Of a stretch of 64,000 nucleotides of DNA, positions 48,113 to 62,200 are shown in pieces. Numbering within the stretch: the first letter of the stretch is position 1; each line of letters begins with the position of its first letter. The position numbers and the translations under genes were made by a program. The stretch comes from Nemertoderma westbladi (taxonomy: Eukaryota; Animalia; Xenacoelomorpha). The DNA is taken from positions 19,571 through 83,570 of the forward strand of contig JAUCBJ010009078.1 of assembly GCA_032718475.1 (NCBI GenBank), written 5' to 3'. The notes beneath the pieces were generated by a model. The model was not told the DNA's origin, ran no database searches, and saw nothing but the letters and a program-made list of their open reading frames with translations.

Positions 48113-48903
48113 CTGGTGCAACAAAGCACACACACTGATTTGCTCTATTAATATTACTCGCCATTTTTATTTCATTCACTTAGAACCTAACGTATTAGTT
48201 GAGTGGAGTGAAAGATCCTCCTGCGGACTGTTAAATATTTCGCATTAAAATAGTAAGTTTAAATAAAATTGTTGACGAAGAACATTTTTATCTTAATTAA
48301 TTTTAAATCGATTCTCTAAGATACCCCAATCGTTAAATAATGAAGGCATACAATTATACAACGCGTTTTATTGTAATACGTTGGAGACAACAATCTACCT
48401 CGACAGTCTAGACTGTCTGTCCTTTTGAACTACTCATAGGCCCTACCCTGTTTGATTTAATTTATGTGTGATTAATTTGCTATGATTATTTAATCTTAAA
48501 TTACGCAACTAATTGAATTATCCAGCAAACTGTTTGCTACCAATTGCAACCTGTCTGAGATAATAAGGCTTTAAGGACAAAAATCTAAATAGACCACTGT
48601 CTGACAATTTTCTAAACTAGACAACAGTCCATAGTATACACCTATTGATTATTAATCAAGTGTTTACTATGTTGGGCGTGCCACGAAGTTGACTGAGTTT
48701 TCGCGAACTGACCTGTTGACAGGGCGGGCAATAATTTTGACATTCTAATAACTGTCATATTTAAAGCTTATGTTATTAAAATGCTCAGTTTGTCTGTTTA
48801 TTTGTACAGCTATAGCAATCGACACTTTGCAACTTTACTTGAAGTTTTTTGGTGTTTCGGAACCAGCACCACACCGGGCGTTACAACACTATTTATAACA
48901 CTA

Positions 48904-48942
48904 TACGCTGATGAGACCCAGTAAGGTCGAAACGCGTACGTG
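48904..48942 (+). ncRNA. Minimal type I hammerhead ribozyme (Penelope-like element type)
   Basis: TACG-CTGATGA-GACC(CAGTAA)GGTC-GAA-ACGCGT-A-CGTG. Complete catalytic core, 4-bp stem II, palindromic stem III, GUA cleavage triplet and 4-bp stem I. Confidence 0.72.
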
Positions 48943-49941
48943 GTTTGGAGAGATAGTGAGATATTAATTTCAAGAAAATTTACGTGATTCCTAAATTTGT
49001 ACACTACACGGTTAAAAAGTACGCATAACGCATGTGATGGGATTAGTCCTACAATTGCGCCGATAAAAGATAAGTTATTTTCGGTAAAATAAACTTATCA
49101 TTCGAGGTTAAGACCCCTAGAACCCTTCCTATAATAGAGGAATATTGATGAAATTCATATCCCTTTTAATTTATTTGCATGAAATTAATTTCGCATTGCC
49201 TACTCGCCAGGGCGACATATTTTCTAACTTTATAACGCAGTGCGACATTATTTCTCAGTATGTCCCTACGCCATACATTTTACTGTGTATGTCCAGTACA
49301 TCCAGTATGTCACCGCGTCTTTATTAGGTTGTTCTAGAACGTTTAAGTGCATAATTACAAATAATTCCCCACAAATAAATAAAATTAGATTCGCCATTGT
49401 TCATAATTAGCAAGTCGTTAAGACTTGATTACTGTAAGAAAAAAAGCTATGGGCTACGGACTACTGGCTACTGACTACTGTCTACTGGCTACTACTGTAC
49501 CAGTGTACCTACTACCTACTGACCTAGAGCAAAAACGGCTTTAAAGATTTTGATGAAATTTTGCATGGACCATGAAAATAGATTTCTATGGATACTTGTG
49601 AAATCGTGGTTTAAATTGAAACATCTCAACTTGTTTTATTTCGAAAAATAGCCCCAAAACACGAAAATGAGGGTGCAACTATTCCCGCCGAAATCTTTAT
49701 ATAAGATGAAGTAAAAGGCCTCATCCTTTCCAAGGATGTTACTCAGAAACCACAGTCGGTTTTCCCCTTACCTGGTAGCCATTCTCCCAGCGGGCACTGT
49801 CAAATTAACAAACTTCCTCGGGATGATGAAGTAATTTGTGGACACCTAAGTATACCACCAGCTCTAGATAAAGAACAGGAGAAACTCATCCTCAATGAGT
49901 TTAGTGACGTTTTTGATGAACATTCACACAAACTCTCCTCA

Positions 49942-52697
49942 ATGACCGGCCCTCCGATGCATATACAGGTCAAGGAAGGGGCCGTACCTTTCCATGCCAA
50001 TGGGGCCCGCCCAGTTCCATTCCCTCTACGGAAGGAAGTTCACGAACTATTGAACGACCTGGTCCAATGTGGCGTACTTGCCCACGTTACCGAACCCACC
50101 GAGTGGGCACACCCGATGACAGTGGTTCGGAAGCCCAATGGTACCCTCCGACTGTGCGTCGATCTCCGTCACCTCAATAATACAGGTACGATCCGCCCGT
50201 ATTATCCTACTCCCAACCCTCGAGCAGTCCTCTCCCAGTATGATGCAGAGGCCCAATTCTTCACCATCTTTGATGCTGCCTCAGGGTACTGGCAGGTTCC
50301 CCTTGACGAGGAACCCCAGCCCCTAACTACATTTATTACACAGTGGGGGCGGTATAAACACCTGCGCAGTACAATGGGGCTGATTTCTAGCGGCGATGAA
50401 TTCAACCGCGGTGGTGATGAAGCACTGGCAGGTATGCCCAACCTCCTCAAAGTCGTAGATGATATCATCCTCTACCACCGCACGTTTGAGGAACATATGG
50501 CTGGGATCCGCACCTTCCTGCAGCGCTGTCGTGAGCATTCTATTTGCTTACACCCAAACAAAACCCAATTCGCACAACGAGAGGTACGATTTGCTGGGTT
50601 TATCATTGGGGCTGATGGAATCCGTGCTGATCCAGCAAAGCTACATGCAATCTCGGCCTTCCCCAGAGCAACAAATATCACAGATCTTTGGAGTTTTGTT
50701 GGTCTGGTCGAGCAGTTAGCTCCATTTACCACCGAGATCTCGTCTGTAATGGCCCCTCTACGTCCACTCCTCAGTTCCAGGGATCCTTTACTGTGGAACC
50801 CTGACCATGAGCGAGCCTTTGATGCCACTAAATCACTTCTCACATCTGCACTAGTTCTTGAGCCATTTGATCCAATGAAAGGGACCAGGCTAGAAACTGA
50901 TGCCTCTCGCCGACACGGGCTCGGGTATGCTCTTTTACAACGACATGGCGATGACTGGCGACTGGTAGAGTGTGGCTCAAGGTTCATCAGTGAAACAGAG
51001 GCAAGGTATGCCACTGTGGAGCTGGAGTTGCTCAGTGTGGTATGGGCAACTACAAAATGCCGTCTCTACCTCCTTGGCCTCCCAACATACACTCTGGTAG
51101 TAGACCACCAGGCTCTAGTCTCCATCATCGATCGGCAGATGCTGGACTCGGTGGAAAATCCACGTCTGCAACGACTTAAATCAAGACTGTCTCTATACAT
51201 AAATATCATATATAGTGTGGCAGAAGGGGCGCTCCCATCTCATCCCAGATGCTTTATCTCGGGCACCAGTCGATGATCCCAAACCGACAGATAGCATGGA
51301 GGATGGTGTGATCGCTCACTACGTGCGCTCAATTACCTTGGAAACAGTAGCAGCTATCGATGAAACTGCGATTGATGGCTGCACACACCTTCCAGATCCA
51401 GTGCTAGAGGATCTTGCGCACACTGCACGCAATGACGAATCCTATAGCACTCTTTATCGAGCAGTCCAATCAGGATTTCCGGACAGCTCACGCAATGACC
51501 CCTTAGTTAATCAGCTGTGGTCATGTAAAGACGAACTGACCACAGATGGTGACCTTGTGCTCTTTGGACACCGATTAATAATCCCTATGGCATCCCACAA
51601 AGAAATCCTCTGCTGCCTGCATGCACCTCATTAGGGTGTAGAGAAATCCTTAAGACGTACCCGGCAGACGGTATATTGGCCAGGCCTCACCAACGATATT
51701 CGCACAAACGTTGGGGCCTGTGACGCCTGCATTAGGTTCCGCCCAGCTCACCAGAAGGAGCCACTCATCTCTGAATCCCAACCAATGAGGCCATTCGAGG
51801 ATATATCTGGGGACTACTTCGCACTCAATGGAAAAGACTTTCTAATAGTCGTTGACCGCTACTCGGGGTGGCCCAAAGTTTTGGGCACCACTCACCACCA
51901 AATGCTGCTTCCCTAACTAAGCACCTCCGCGATGTTTTTACTCGCTTTGGTATCCCAACACGTCTGCGATCTGATGGTGGTTCTCCATTTACTGCAGAGG
52001 CCACGAATACCTTTCTCAAAATATGGGGCGTCAATCCGGTGACCTCCTCCCCCACATATGCCCAATCTAATGGCCATGCCGAGGCGGCAGTCAGAATTAC
52101 AGGCAGGCGGCAGCGGTAGCCACAAAGGCCTTACTCACCAAGACAGGTGGTAAGTTACTCTCGGACGAATTCCTTGAGGGTTTACTTGAGTTCCGTAATT
52201 CACCACGGGCTACAGGTCTCTCACCTGCTGAGATCCTATTTGGGCATCCAACCCGCACCAGGGTACCTGCTCACAGTCAAGCTTTCAAGGCCATGCACCA
52301 GGCCACGCGCGGCCAGCTTGAGGTTACGACCCCACAGCAACAACAGCGTGCCCAACAAGACTATAACTGGGGCGCCAAAAATCTCTCTCCACTGCCCTTG
52401 GGAACACCAGTGCGCATCAGAAACCCAACCACAAAACATTGGGACCGCACCGGGACCATTGTCGAAGTTGGCCCTCATCGACGCTACTGTGTAAAGACAC
52501 AGTCAGGACGGTGCCTTTCACATAATCGCAGGTTCCTCCTACATGACACCACGGTCAAAGCCACCTTGGACCCAAATCCCATCGGAGAACCCCCACCACG
52601 ACAAGTCTCCTGGGTCAAGAATCTCGTTGAGATAAAACTCATCCCCACACGTAAGACATACCCTAAAAGACAACGCCAGGCGCCACATCGTCTTTAA
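49942..52697 (+). pseudogene. Gypsy pol (RT, RNase H, integrase), disrupted
   Basis: LRLCVDLR, DAASGYWQVPL, VVDDII, ETDAS, YATVELELL, PDALSR, SDGGSPFT, SNGHAE. Frameshifts near 51200, 51870 and 52200; stop at 51632. Confidence 0.92.
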
Positions 52698-52773
52698 ACT
52701 CAGGTGCATCACATGGGAAAACTGTCGAATATTATATAGTAGCTCTTCACTTCATTAAGAGCTCGTGAGGGGG

Positions 52774-53120
52774 TGTAATAGACTGGCCCTTCCTAGGCCC
52801 ATCTAGGTCGTTATATAGATATATTAGCTGGATGGACTGCCTGCAATGGACTATATGCGCATGGCTTATTATTACAGTCTATTATACATACTAGCCAGTT
52901 AGTGACTAGGTATGAATCATCAGGGACTACGCCCTGTCACTGACTTAGGAGTATTCAGTCTACCGGTACTCACCAGCTTATGCAGTTATTATGGCTGCTG
53001 TGTATTATCTGCTATGCTGCTTTATATGTAATACATATATGAACTAGATTAGTTCCCCTTATGTTTTTACATGATTGACACTATCTCTTTGTGTTTGTAG
53101 TGATCTCCAACAGCACTACA
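52774..53120 (+). repeat. Putative Gypsy 3' LTR
   Basis: Begins TGTAAT after the PPT. Ends at CAACA (53112) or CTACA (53120). No second copy in the window to confirm it. Confidence 0.55.
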
Positions 53121-53129
53121 TTTTTTACA

Positions 53130-53735
53130 TTAGTATAATTATGCATTAGAATATTATGTACACGAATTTTAATAATTATTGAAAATAATGATCATTAAAA
53201 TACTAATTGATATTTATAATTATTTATAATAAGTAAATATCAATACCCAAATACCTAAAAAATATATTATATTGATATTTTTTTTTATTTTTGGATTTTT
53301 CGCATTTCTTTAACAGATAGACACCATTTTTTCTTTCCATATCCATGGGCTAATTTATTTTTAAAAACTAATATTTGTTAGTATTAAATAATTATTAAAC
53401 TACTAATAACTAAAATATATATCGATAAATTTTTTTACATTTCTGTTTTTTTGCATTACATTAACACATAGGCTCCAAATTTCCATGATATATCCATGGG
53501 CTAATTAATTTATTGGTCTCTAATATTTATAAGTATTAAATAAATATTAAATTAGTTATAAATAAAATTTTTTTCGATAATTTTTTTTAATTTTTCACGA
53601 AATCAGATCGTTTTCGGTCAAAGAGTCACAAAATATTACTCAAATTCTTGGGCTAATTTTTTCGACTAAATCTGTATTCAGCCCAAGGGTGGACCCCTCC
53701 ATAAGGGGTCAGAAATATTGGAAAATACTTATTTT
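53130..53735. repeat. AT-rich degenerate ~155-bp repeats ending in a hairpin (Helentron-like 3' part)
   Basis: GGGCTAATT recurs at ~53347, 53498 and 53650. Hairpin GACCCCT-CCATA-AGGGGTC at ~53692-53710. Confidence 0.45.
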
Positions 53736-53983
53736 GTAATCTTAATTTTAACAATCGTGTTGTTCCGTTTGTCAATGCTATATACAGTATAACGTTTGCT
53801 TTTTATAACTTTTTTTTATGAAAATTGTTGAAATGTTTGTAATGACAAACAAATAGCACTCATTTACAATTTGCTGGAACTGTGGGACCTTACCGTGGAA
53901 AATTCCTAAATAAGCGCCTGATATAGTACGTAATATAATAATTGTGAAATACCGGGAGTAAATAATATAATAATAACCACATG

Positions 53984-54265
53984 GTGTTCGTGGTATCATG
54001 CATGTAATGTGCAGATGGTGGACAGACGGGTAATCAATCCCATTACACTATCCACAAATAAGTATAATAAAATGTAAAGAGCTATGTAAAAATTTCTTAA
54101 GTACTGAACCTACTACTAATTTATTGTGTTCGTGGTATCATGCATGCAATGTGCAGATGGTGGACAGACGTGTAGTCCCATTACAATATCCACCATTAAG
54201 TATAATAAATTGTAAAGAGCTATGTAAAAATGTCTAAGTACTGAAGAACTGAACCTACTAATTTC
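53984..54265. repeat. About 140-bp tandem duplication
   Basis: GTGTTCGTGGTATCATGCATG(T/C)AATGTGCAGATGGTGGACAGACG...GAACCTACTA occurs twice. Confidence 0.88.
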
Positions 54266-55662
54266 TAAGTACTGACACTGAACTGCAAAATTTAAGTATA
54301 GCTAAGGTTGAAAGATTACTAAATCAAATAATGCTACGATTTTAGACTAAGATAATCGGACAATTATCCTACTGTTGTAGTGTATGCAGTATGCATGCAC
54401 GCAAAATAGATACTGGAAATTATTTATTATTATAATGATTAAAAGGAAATGTAGAACGTACGCGAAATAATTAAACTATAGCTACAGTAAGAGCTACCTA
54501 CGTAGATCCATTCAAACGATTGATAAAAACAGAAATAAAGTCGGACAATCATTGCTGAAATTAAACCATACTTGGTACGTATGCTATGCAGCCCGTCAAA
54601 AGTTTAGAATGAATCTGAAATTTGTTCAAAAATGAAACAGTCTGTCAGGCGGTACCGGTAGTTTCAGACATTTTATAAAAACCTAATTAGATCGGTAAAT
54701 CACAGATAAAATTAAACCATACTTGGTACGTATGCAGTCCCGTGCTGCGCGAAGGCCCCACGAACGTGGTTTTATTATGTTTAAGTTGGAACTTGGCAGA
54801 TATGTACAACAGTATAGGCCTAGACCAATAGCTGTTTTTTCTCGCATATGAAAAGTACCAGGTTTTCAATTTTCGGTGGAAACTTTATTGAAGTATTTGA
54901 AGTTATTCGAACTAGAAGTTTTATAGCACTTATTTCTATTTTATAACATGTACGCGTGTGGTACACGTTCGTGGGGCCTTCGCGCAGCACGTGACTCAGT
55001 TATGAGATACAGATTAATATTGAGCGATTCTACTGTATCACAAACTCGGTATTTAAAAAAATGTAACCAGACACCAATAAATCAAAGAGATGGGAATAAA
55101 GTCCCCCACCCCCCTCCTTCAACCTCCCTCTTAATCTGCACCACCCCAACCCAAAGGCGCACAGAGGATTGATGAAAGGCAGGTATTAACAGGGAATTTT
55201 TGTTGTAAAAGTTATATATTATATGTTTATTTAATATAACACAAAATACAACTGGAAGCGATTCAAAAAAAATATACAAATATACAAACAGCACAAATTT
55301 CTTGCAAAAATAATTAAAGATCGCATATTATTTAAATTACTTAACCAACAAAGAAATCAATAAACTCATGTTATTAGTAATATGTTAAACTCATAAAGTA
55401 ATATATTAAATATTTTAGGCGTTTAGGGTGGAGGTGACCCATATTGTAAGAAATATCAAAACTTACCTTATGCCGATAGTTTTTATATTAAATAAATTCA
55501 AATAGATAAGGGTCTTCCCCAACGGTAAAAATAATTTAATTAATTTAAGTCTGGCCTAGGCCTTCTTCAGACTCTATATAAACTGATAAACACTAAACCG
55601 AACTGTAAAATTACACTGCACAACAGCAAATAACAAAGAAGAAAGGCTTAGGCCAGAAAGTA

Positions 55663-56243
55663 TGTAAGCGGATTCAATTCCCTTGCATTATCCACCCGAA
55701 AACGGGACCAGCGGCATTTTACCAATATAGTTGGCGATACGAGATTACCAATAATAATCTCGCCTCATAACCAACTCGGGGGGGGGGGGCAATACAGGCC
55801 CTAAAGCCACAGAGAGAGGTGAGAGGTCAAACCACCTCACAGAGAGAACACAGCTAGTCAAGGCTAGCGGCAGGGGGTAACACTCACAGGGAGTGCCAAA
55901 GTGACAATTAGTATATAAGCCAATAGCGGGCAGGGGAGCACGTGGGGAAAGATAGGAAAGCATCCATTGGGTACAGAAGGCCAATAACATCATTTATTAC
56001 TATATACACTGCTGTTGTGATTCTGTATTGCGATTTCGATCATATACTGTAACTGATTCTGTGCTATTATCATTGGAACAGAAACACAAACTCTGTTATT
56101 TTCCCCAACGGCCTTCGGCCAAAAGGACACTAGCCCAGCAGACCAGCAGTCAAGTGACGCATATAAATCTTACCCGGTCGGGATCTCAGATCCTGTCACA
56201 CTTAAAAACTATCCAACTTACAACCAGAACTGTGACCGCAACA
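55663..56243 (+). repeat. Possible 5' LTR of the BEL/Pao element
   Basis: TGTAAG...CAACA with an internal TATATAA (~55912), directly upstream of gag-like sequence. Boundaries unverified because the 3' LTR is outside the window. Confidence 0.35.
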
Positions 56244-56254
56244 TATAAAGATAG

Positions 56255-59200
56255 GTGAGCGAACAGACGCCCCGAGAATCAGAGCGAGAAAGAACGCCGC
56301 CACGGACCCCAGACGACACCAACCAAACGATCCGAGAGGCTGCGACGAGACGGTACCGGCTAGCCACCCCGGATTCGGCAACGAGGGACGATCCAACTAC
56401 CCAAGCGGAGGGCGGCCGACAACTACGAGGAGGGAAAGCTAACGATGAGTCGATGCGTGACGATGACGGCCGTAGGAGTACCAAAGTCGCTAGCCAGCCA
56501 CAGGCCGAGGGCGACAGACGGCCCACCGGAACGGCAAACGATGGGGCCGCCGGTACGACGCCGGACCAGGAGGGAAGGTAGAGTCAACGAGGAGGACGTT
56601 GGGACAAGGGATCGCCTACGACGGGCGTACAACGCCACAAAGAAACTACTCAAAGAGGCTAAGGAGGGAAGAAAGGTAGACCAGCCTAAACTATACCAGA
56701 GGCTAGGTGAGTTGAATAAACATTTCTGTTACTTAGTCCGTTTTGGACAGGGAGAACTGGCGAGTGAGAGAGCGAGGGGGGTCGCCACAGAACTGTTTGA
56801 ATTGTGGCGGTCCGAGGTAATGGAGCCAGATGTGGTGTACATAGGGCCTTACTTAGTGGATGCTAGGGGAATTAAGTTAGTGGGATGGGCGGACCCGCAC
56901 GACGGCGAATCCGAGGTTAACCCCGAGGATTCGGTGTAGTCGGTTAGTAAGAACCCCAGTAAACGGGGGAAAGTTAGTAGGACAGAGAGGCGACGGGAGT
57001 GCGTCGCGACCGATAAGTCTGCTACATCCTCTGCGAAAGCAAGAAGGGTGTTAGAGATAGATCTGGCGTGTCAACTAGACATTGTGGAGCTGGATCAAAA
57101 GGAACTGGAGAGGCAGTTAGATGAGGGAACTGCACTACTAGAGAGGGATAGAGAATTAGCGAGAGAGTGTAAAGAGAGGGCCGAGAGGGTGGTGAGAAAC
57201 TATTGGGAGCAAGAGGAGAGAGAGATGCGAGCGCGAGGAGCGGGAGGCGATAGTAGAAAATGAATGCAAGGAGCGGGAGGCGAGAGTAGAGAACGAACGA
57301 AAGGAGCGGGAGACAAGAGAGGTGAACGAGCGCAAGGAGCGGGAGGTGAGAGAGATGGAATTGGCCAACCAAAGCATGAGGGTGGACAGAGAGAGAGAGA
57401 GGGCCGGAAAGCATATGCGGGATGATATGCATACCCAGTTGAGGGGGCTTATGCAATACCAAGCGAAGCAAAAGCGCCGGTTAGAACTGGCAAAGTTGGG
57501 ATTATCAGAGAGTGAGGCTAGTTTGGGTAGTATTTACGAGGAAACAGAGCTAATGTAAACCTTTGTTAATACCCCACTTACAGGTACCGGACGACAGACG
57601 CAGGACTTGTGTAACCGTACGGGCGAGGTAATAATAATAATACGTTAGAGGGAGTTAATATTAATAGTACTGTAATAGATAACCCTAATCAAACCTTTCT
57701 TGCAGGAAATAATATATTACCCGGTAATAATAATAATTCTAATTTAAATGTGCAAAATAATTTAAATAATTTAAATAATAATTTAGGTAACAATAATACG
57801 TTAAACAATCCTGAAGAAATTAACCAAAATAATATCATTAGTAGTATGTGTAACCTTAGTGTAACGAATCAGGCCAAAATTAATAATGGTGCAATTAATA
57901 CAAACGTAGGGGGGACAGGTGACCCGGCCAATGAGAGCCTGGAAGGCCACGCAGTTGCACAGGGAGTAGCGGGGGTGAGTCAACCCAACGAGGGCCTGCA
58001 AGGCCACGCAGTTGCACAGGGAGTAACAGGGGTGAGTCAACCCAACGGGAGCCTGCAAGGCCACGCAGTCGCACAGGGAGAGGCTGGGGTGAATAGACCC
58101 AGCGAGGGTAGAGATAGTGCGTCGACTAGAAAGGGGCGTAGAAGCGAAGTGGGAGGTGACGGATGGGGGGGGGGGGCTATGAGCACCCCACCACGAGAGA
58201 TTAGTGGCGAGAGGGGGGGGGGGCAGAGAATGTCCCACAAGAGTCGGTGGACAATGCGTGCGGCGAGTTAGGTGGACCGCGGCACCCAACCACAGAGAAT
58301 AGTAGGAGGATTGCGAGTATCCCCAGAACCGTCCAACCGAGCAGAGAGAGAGATTTTGGCGCCGTGAGCGGGCGAGCGAGAAGACATCGAGCCCAGTTGG
58401 AAGACGAAAGAAGAACAGTGGAGTTTATCCGAGAGGTCGAAGCTAGATCTCACGAGGAGGATCACTGCACTGGAGTGAGACGAAGTGAAGTGAAGAGAAT
58501 AGAGGGAGCATTGCTATGAGCAACCGGAGGGGAAGGATGGACAGTGAACTGTTGGTAGTCGAGATGGAGTTAGAGAGCCAATGGGGTCGCACTCCGGGAG
58601 ATTGCCATCGCCCTAGAGAGACACAACCTGGTGAGATATACCACACACCGGGAGAAGGGTACATGATGTACCGGTGCGAGGACGAGGACAGGAGAGGGGA
58701 TCGAAGAGAAACTTCCCGACGGAACGTAGATGCCGATCGAGAATATGGTAGTCATGGGGAGGACTTCTTGGAATATTCGAGAAGATTAAACTTCGGTACG
58801 GAAGGACACAAGCAGACTGCAGGACACACTGTAGGCCTTACTGCATATACTGTAGGCCATGCAGGAAGAGATAGTGTAGGCGATAGGGTAGCGCGGACAA
58901 TGGGATTGGACCCGGAAGTCGCGGCATACATACCGGTAGGTAGGCAAGAAGTGGATAAGCCTATACCGGTACCTGCACACCAGTATGACTATAACATGCA
59001 GGGATATAATATATACCCAGGGGAGGGGGGAGCTATTGCTGATAGGTGCATGGGCCCTAACATGATAACATCAACCCCAGTACCAAATGTAACACCGGTG
59101 GGGGGGGGGGACAGGGTGACATTCCCCCATTGCAATATCAGCAATACACTCAACCAAAAACAAAACCCCCAAACCCCTCAGACCCAAATAAGTCGTCTGA

Positions 59201-62200
59201 CACAGAGATATGGAGGGGACTGTTGCCCCCGATGATATATCCAACACAGAGAAAGTCGACAGGCCCGATGGGCGAACCGCACCCGACAGTAAGGGAGTCT
59301 GTATCACAACCATCGAGCGCGCTAGAGGTACAAGCGATGGGAATGGCAACACTCATCGACACGCTAAGGATCAGGATCGAGCTGCCGCCAGTGGAGCCGT
59401 TCAAATTCGATGGTAGTAAGCCGGAGGAATATTTGCAATTCCGGCGTATGTACAGCAACTAAATATTAACGAAGAACCTGACGCAGGCGGAGTGCCTAAA
59501 ATACTTACAAGTTTACACAGGGGGGCCAGTATACGACATCGTAAGGCAGTATCAAGGTATCGAAGGTGGATTCACGACTGCATGGCGGGCCCTAGACAGG
59601 GAATTCAGGCATCCTGCTAAGATCATCCGACAAACTTAAGGGGAATAACATCAGGCGGACTACAGGATAACCCTGTCAGCATCAAAACCTTTGCAAATAA
59701 AGTCGAAAAGGCGCTGATTGTGCTAAAGACACTAGATGCACCTTCACTACAATAGCACAGGCACTACCGAGCTGGCTAAGAAACAAGTGGAGAAAGATCG
59801 CCTTCCCCACCCGGGAGAAAAAGGGAGCGGAGCCAGGCCTAGAGGAGATGTCGAACTTCCTTAATTATGAGGCGGAATTAATCACGGACCCAGTCTACAG
59901 CGAGGATAGTCTGGGGAGGGCGCCGAGAGCCAAATACAACAGGCCGAAACCAGAGCACAGTGCGGTGAATGCATTACAAAAGTTAAGACAGTCACTACCA
60001 TACGCGGCGACACAGGGGACTGCAAGTCCACAGATAGCTGGGAGTAGGACCACACCGTGGCATGAACAGGGACAAAATAACAACACAAACAAATATAATC
60101 CCAACACACCCAGTAGGCCAAATCCAAATAATAAAAACACTAGACCGCTAGGTATGAACATACACACGATATGCAAAGCGCTGTATAAAGAAGGCTACAA
60201 TCCAAAATACAAATGCCAATTACACACAAACGCATTCCACCAGACCATGAACTGCAAGCATTGGCAGGCGTTGCCTAAACAAGATCAGGTAGCCTATGCG
60301 GGTAGAAATTGAATTTGTCATCGATGCGTGGTAGGAGGACACAAAGTCGAAGAGTGTAAAGAGACACGGTCAAGGCAAAGGTCAAACAATGGTGACAAGC
60401 ACCACGGGAGCGAAGAGAAGGGGAACGGTACTACTCGGGGTGGTACCGGTGAGGATAATAGGAGAAAGCGGCCGATCAGTCACAACATTGATGCTGGTCG
60501 ACAGCGGAGCAGCCTTCACGCTGGTGGAGAATTGGGTGGCTGAAGAGATAGGGTTGCAGACGAGGCCAAGTAAGATGGCGGTAACTACTATCTCGAGCAA
60601 GGATGAGATCTTGGAGATGAGAACGGGACGGTGCGAGATATCAGCAATAACACCGGGATGCGATTATGGGGCGACCATCGACCCCATCCAAATAATAGAA
60701 TTGATTAATATAAACGCCAGGCGGCCCACAAGGATCGAGGTCGAGCAATACCGGTTCCTGGACGATATCGATTTCTCAATACGGAAGTGGACGTCTCGAA
60801 GGTATCCATCATAGTCGGTATGGACTGTCCGATGGCCCACAAGAGAGTACGGACCATATTCGGGGGGGATAAACAACGAGATCCGATGGTGATTCTTACG
60901 CTGTTCGGATGGACGCTTAGAGGCCCAATTAGAACCAAGATCCCATTAGGAGTGTCGGAAACATCAGGGTGCATGTTCGCAGGCACAATGAGGGAGATGG
61001 AGGACGAAGGAGCAGAGGAGCAACTTAAGAGGCTGCTGCGGCAGGACTTCGAGGATTAAAGGAGGGGGAACCTCGGTAGAGGACAAACAGGTGCTGGAGA
61101 GCGTGAAGAACTCGATGAAGTGCGAAGGGGGGCGGTACACCATAGGGATGGTGTGGAAACAACCAAAGCTACCGCTACCGGACAACAAAGGGATGGTACT
61201 CACGAGGCTTCACAAACTGAAGCAGACGCTCAGACGGAGTCCCGAGAAGGATGAGTACATCCATAAAACGATTAGGAAATACGTTGAAAAGGGGTGGGCC
61301 GTGGAGATACCGGTCGACGAGCCAAACACGGACAGGACCTACTATTTGCTACTGCACGTTGCTTTAGATCCAAAGAAGGGTAAACTGCGGATGATGGTAG
61401 ACGCGTCGGCCAAAACGACTATCTGCTGGAAGGCCCCAACATTTACAACTCGGGGATATAGGTCCTGTTGAGATTCAGGAATGGGAGGCACGCCTTCTCC
61501 TGTGACATTGAAGGCATGTTCAACCAAGTCCGTATGACGGAAGAAGACAGCTATAGTCAGCGCTTCCTATGGTACAACGGCGACGAAGAACCGTCGGAGA
61601 TACCGATGTACAAAATGGTGGTGCAAAACATGGGGGCCAAGTCGTCCTCATGACTACGGCTGTAAGAGATATGGTGGAGGGCAAGAAAGGAGAGTATAGT
61701 GGGAAGGCGATCTACATGATTCGACGCGGATTCTATGTAGATGATGGGATGGGATCTGGAAACACAGTTGAAGAAATACTGGAGATAGGGCGCGAGGTTC
61801 GCGACATCCTAAAAGGATCCGGGTTCAACCTTACTAAATTCCAGTCCAGCTCCAAGGAATTTATGGAGGCCATGGATAACCCCACAATGGCAAAGGGACA
61901 GGTTATGGCAGACAAGAGAGTGGAGTCTCAGCAAAAGGCGCTAGGGATCGTGCGGAACCGGGAGACGGATGAGTATCAACTAAGTCAGGAGGGCGCAGAA
62001 ATCCATACTAAGCGAGGCTATGTATCGCACAGCAAGGAAGTACGATCCCCTAGGCCTAGCATCCCCACTGTTAGTCATGGGGAAGCAAATACTAAAGAAA
62101 GTATATAAGTTAAAGGACGATTGGGACACGGAGGTCCTGGAGGAAATAAGTAGACAGTGGAGTAAGTGGACGGGGAGTCTAGAGGAGATGGGGATGTACA

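Larger units (their letters stand above)
49710..53120 (+). mobile_element. 5'-truncated, decayed Ty3/Gypsy LTR retrotransposon
   Basis: RT-RNaseH-integrase order. Polypurine tract GAGGGGG immediately precedes TGTAAT (52774). No gag or 5' LTR visible. Confidence 0.88.
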
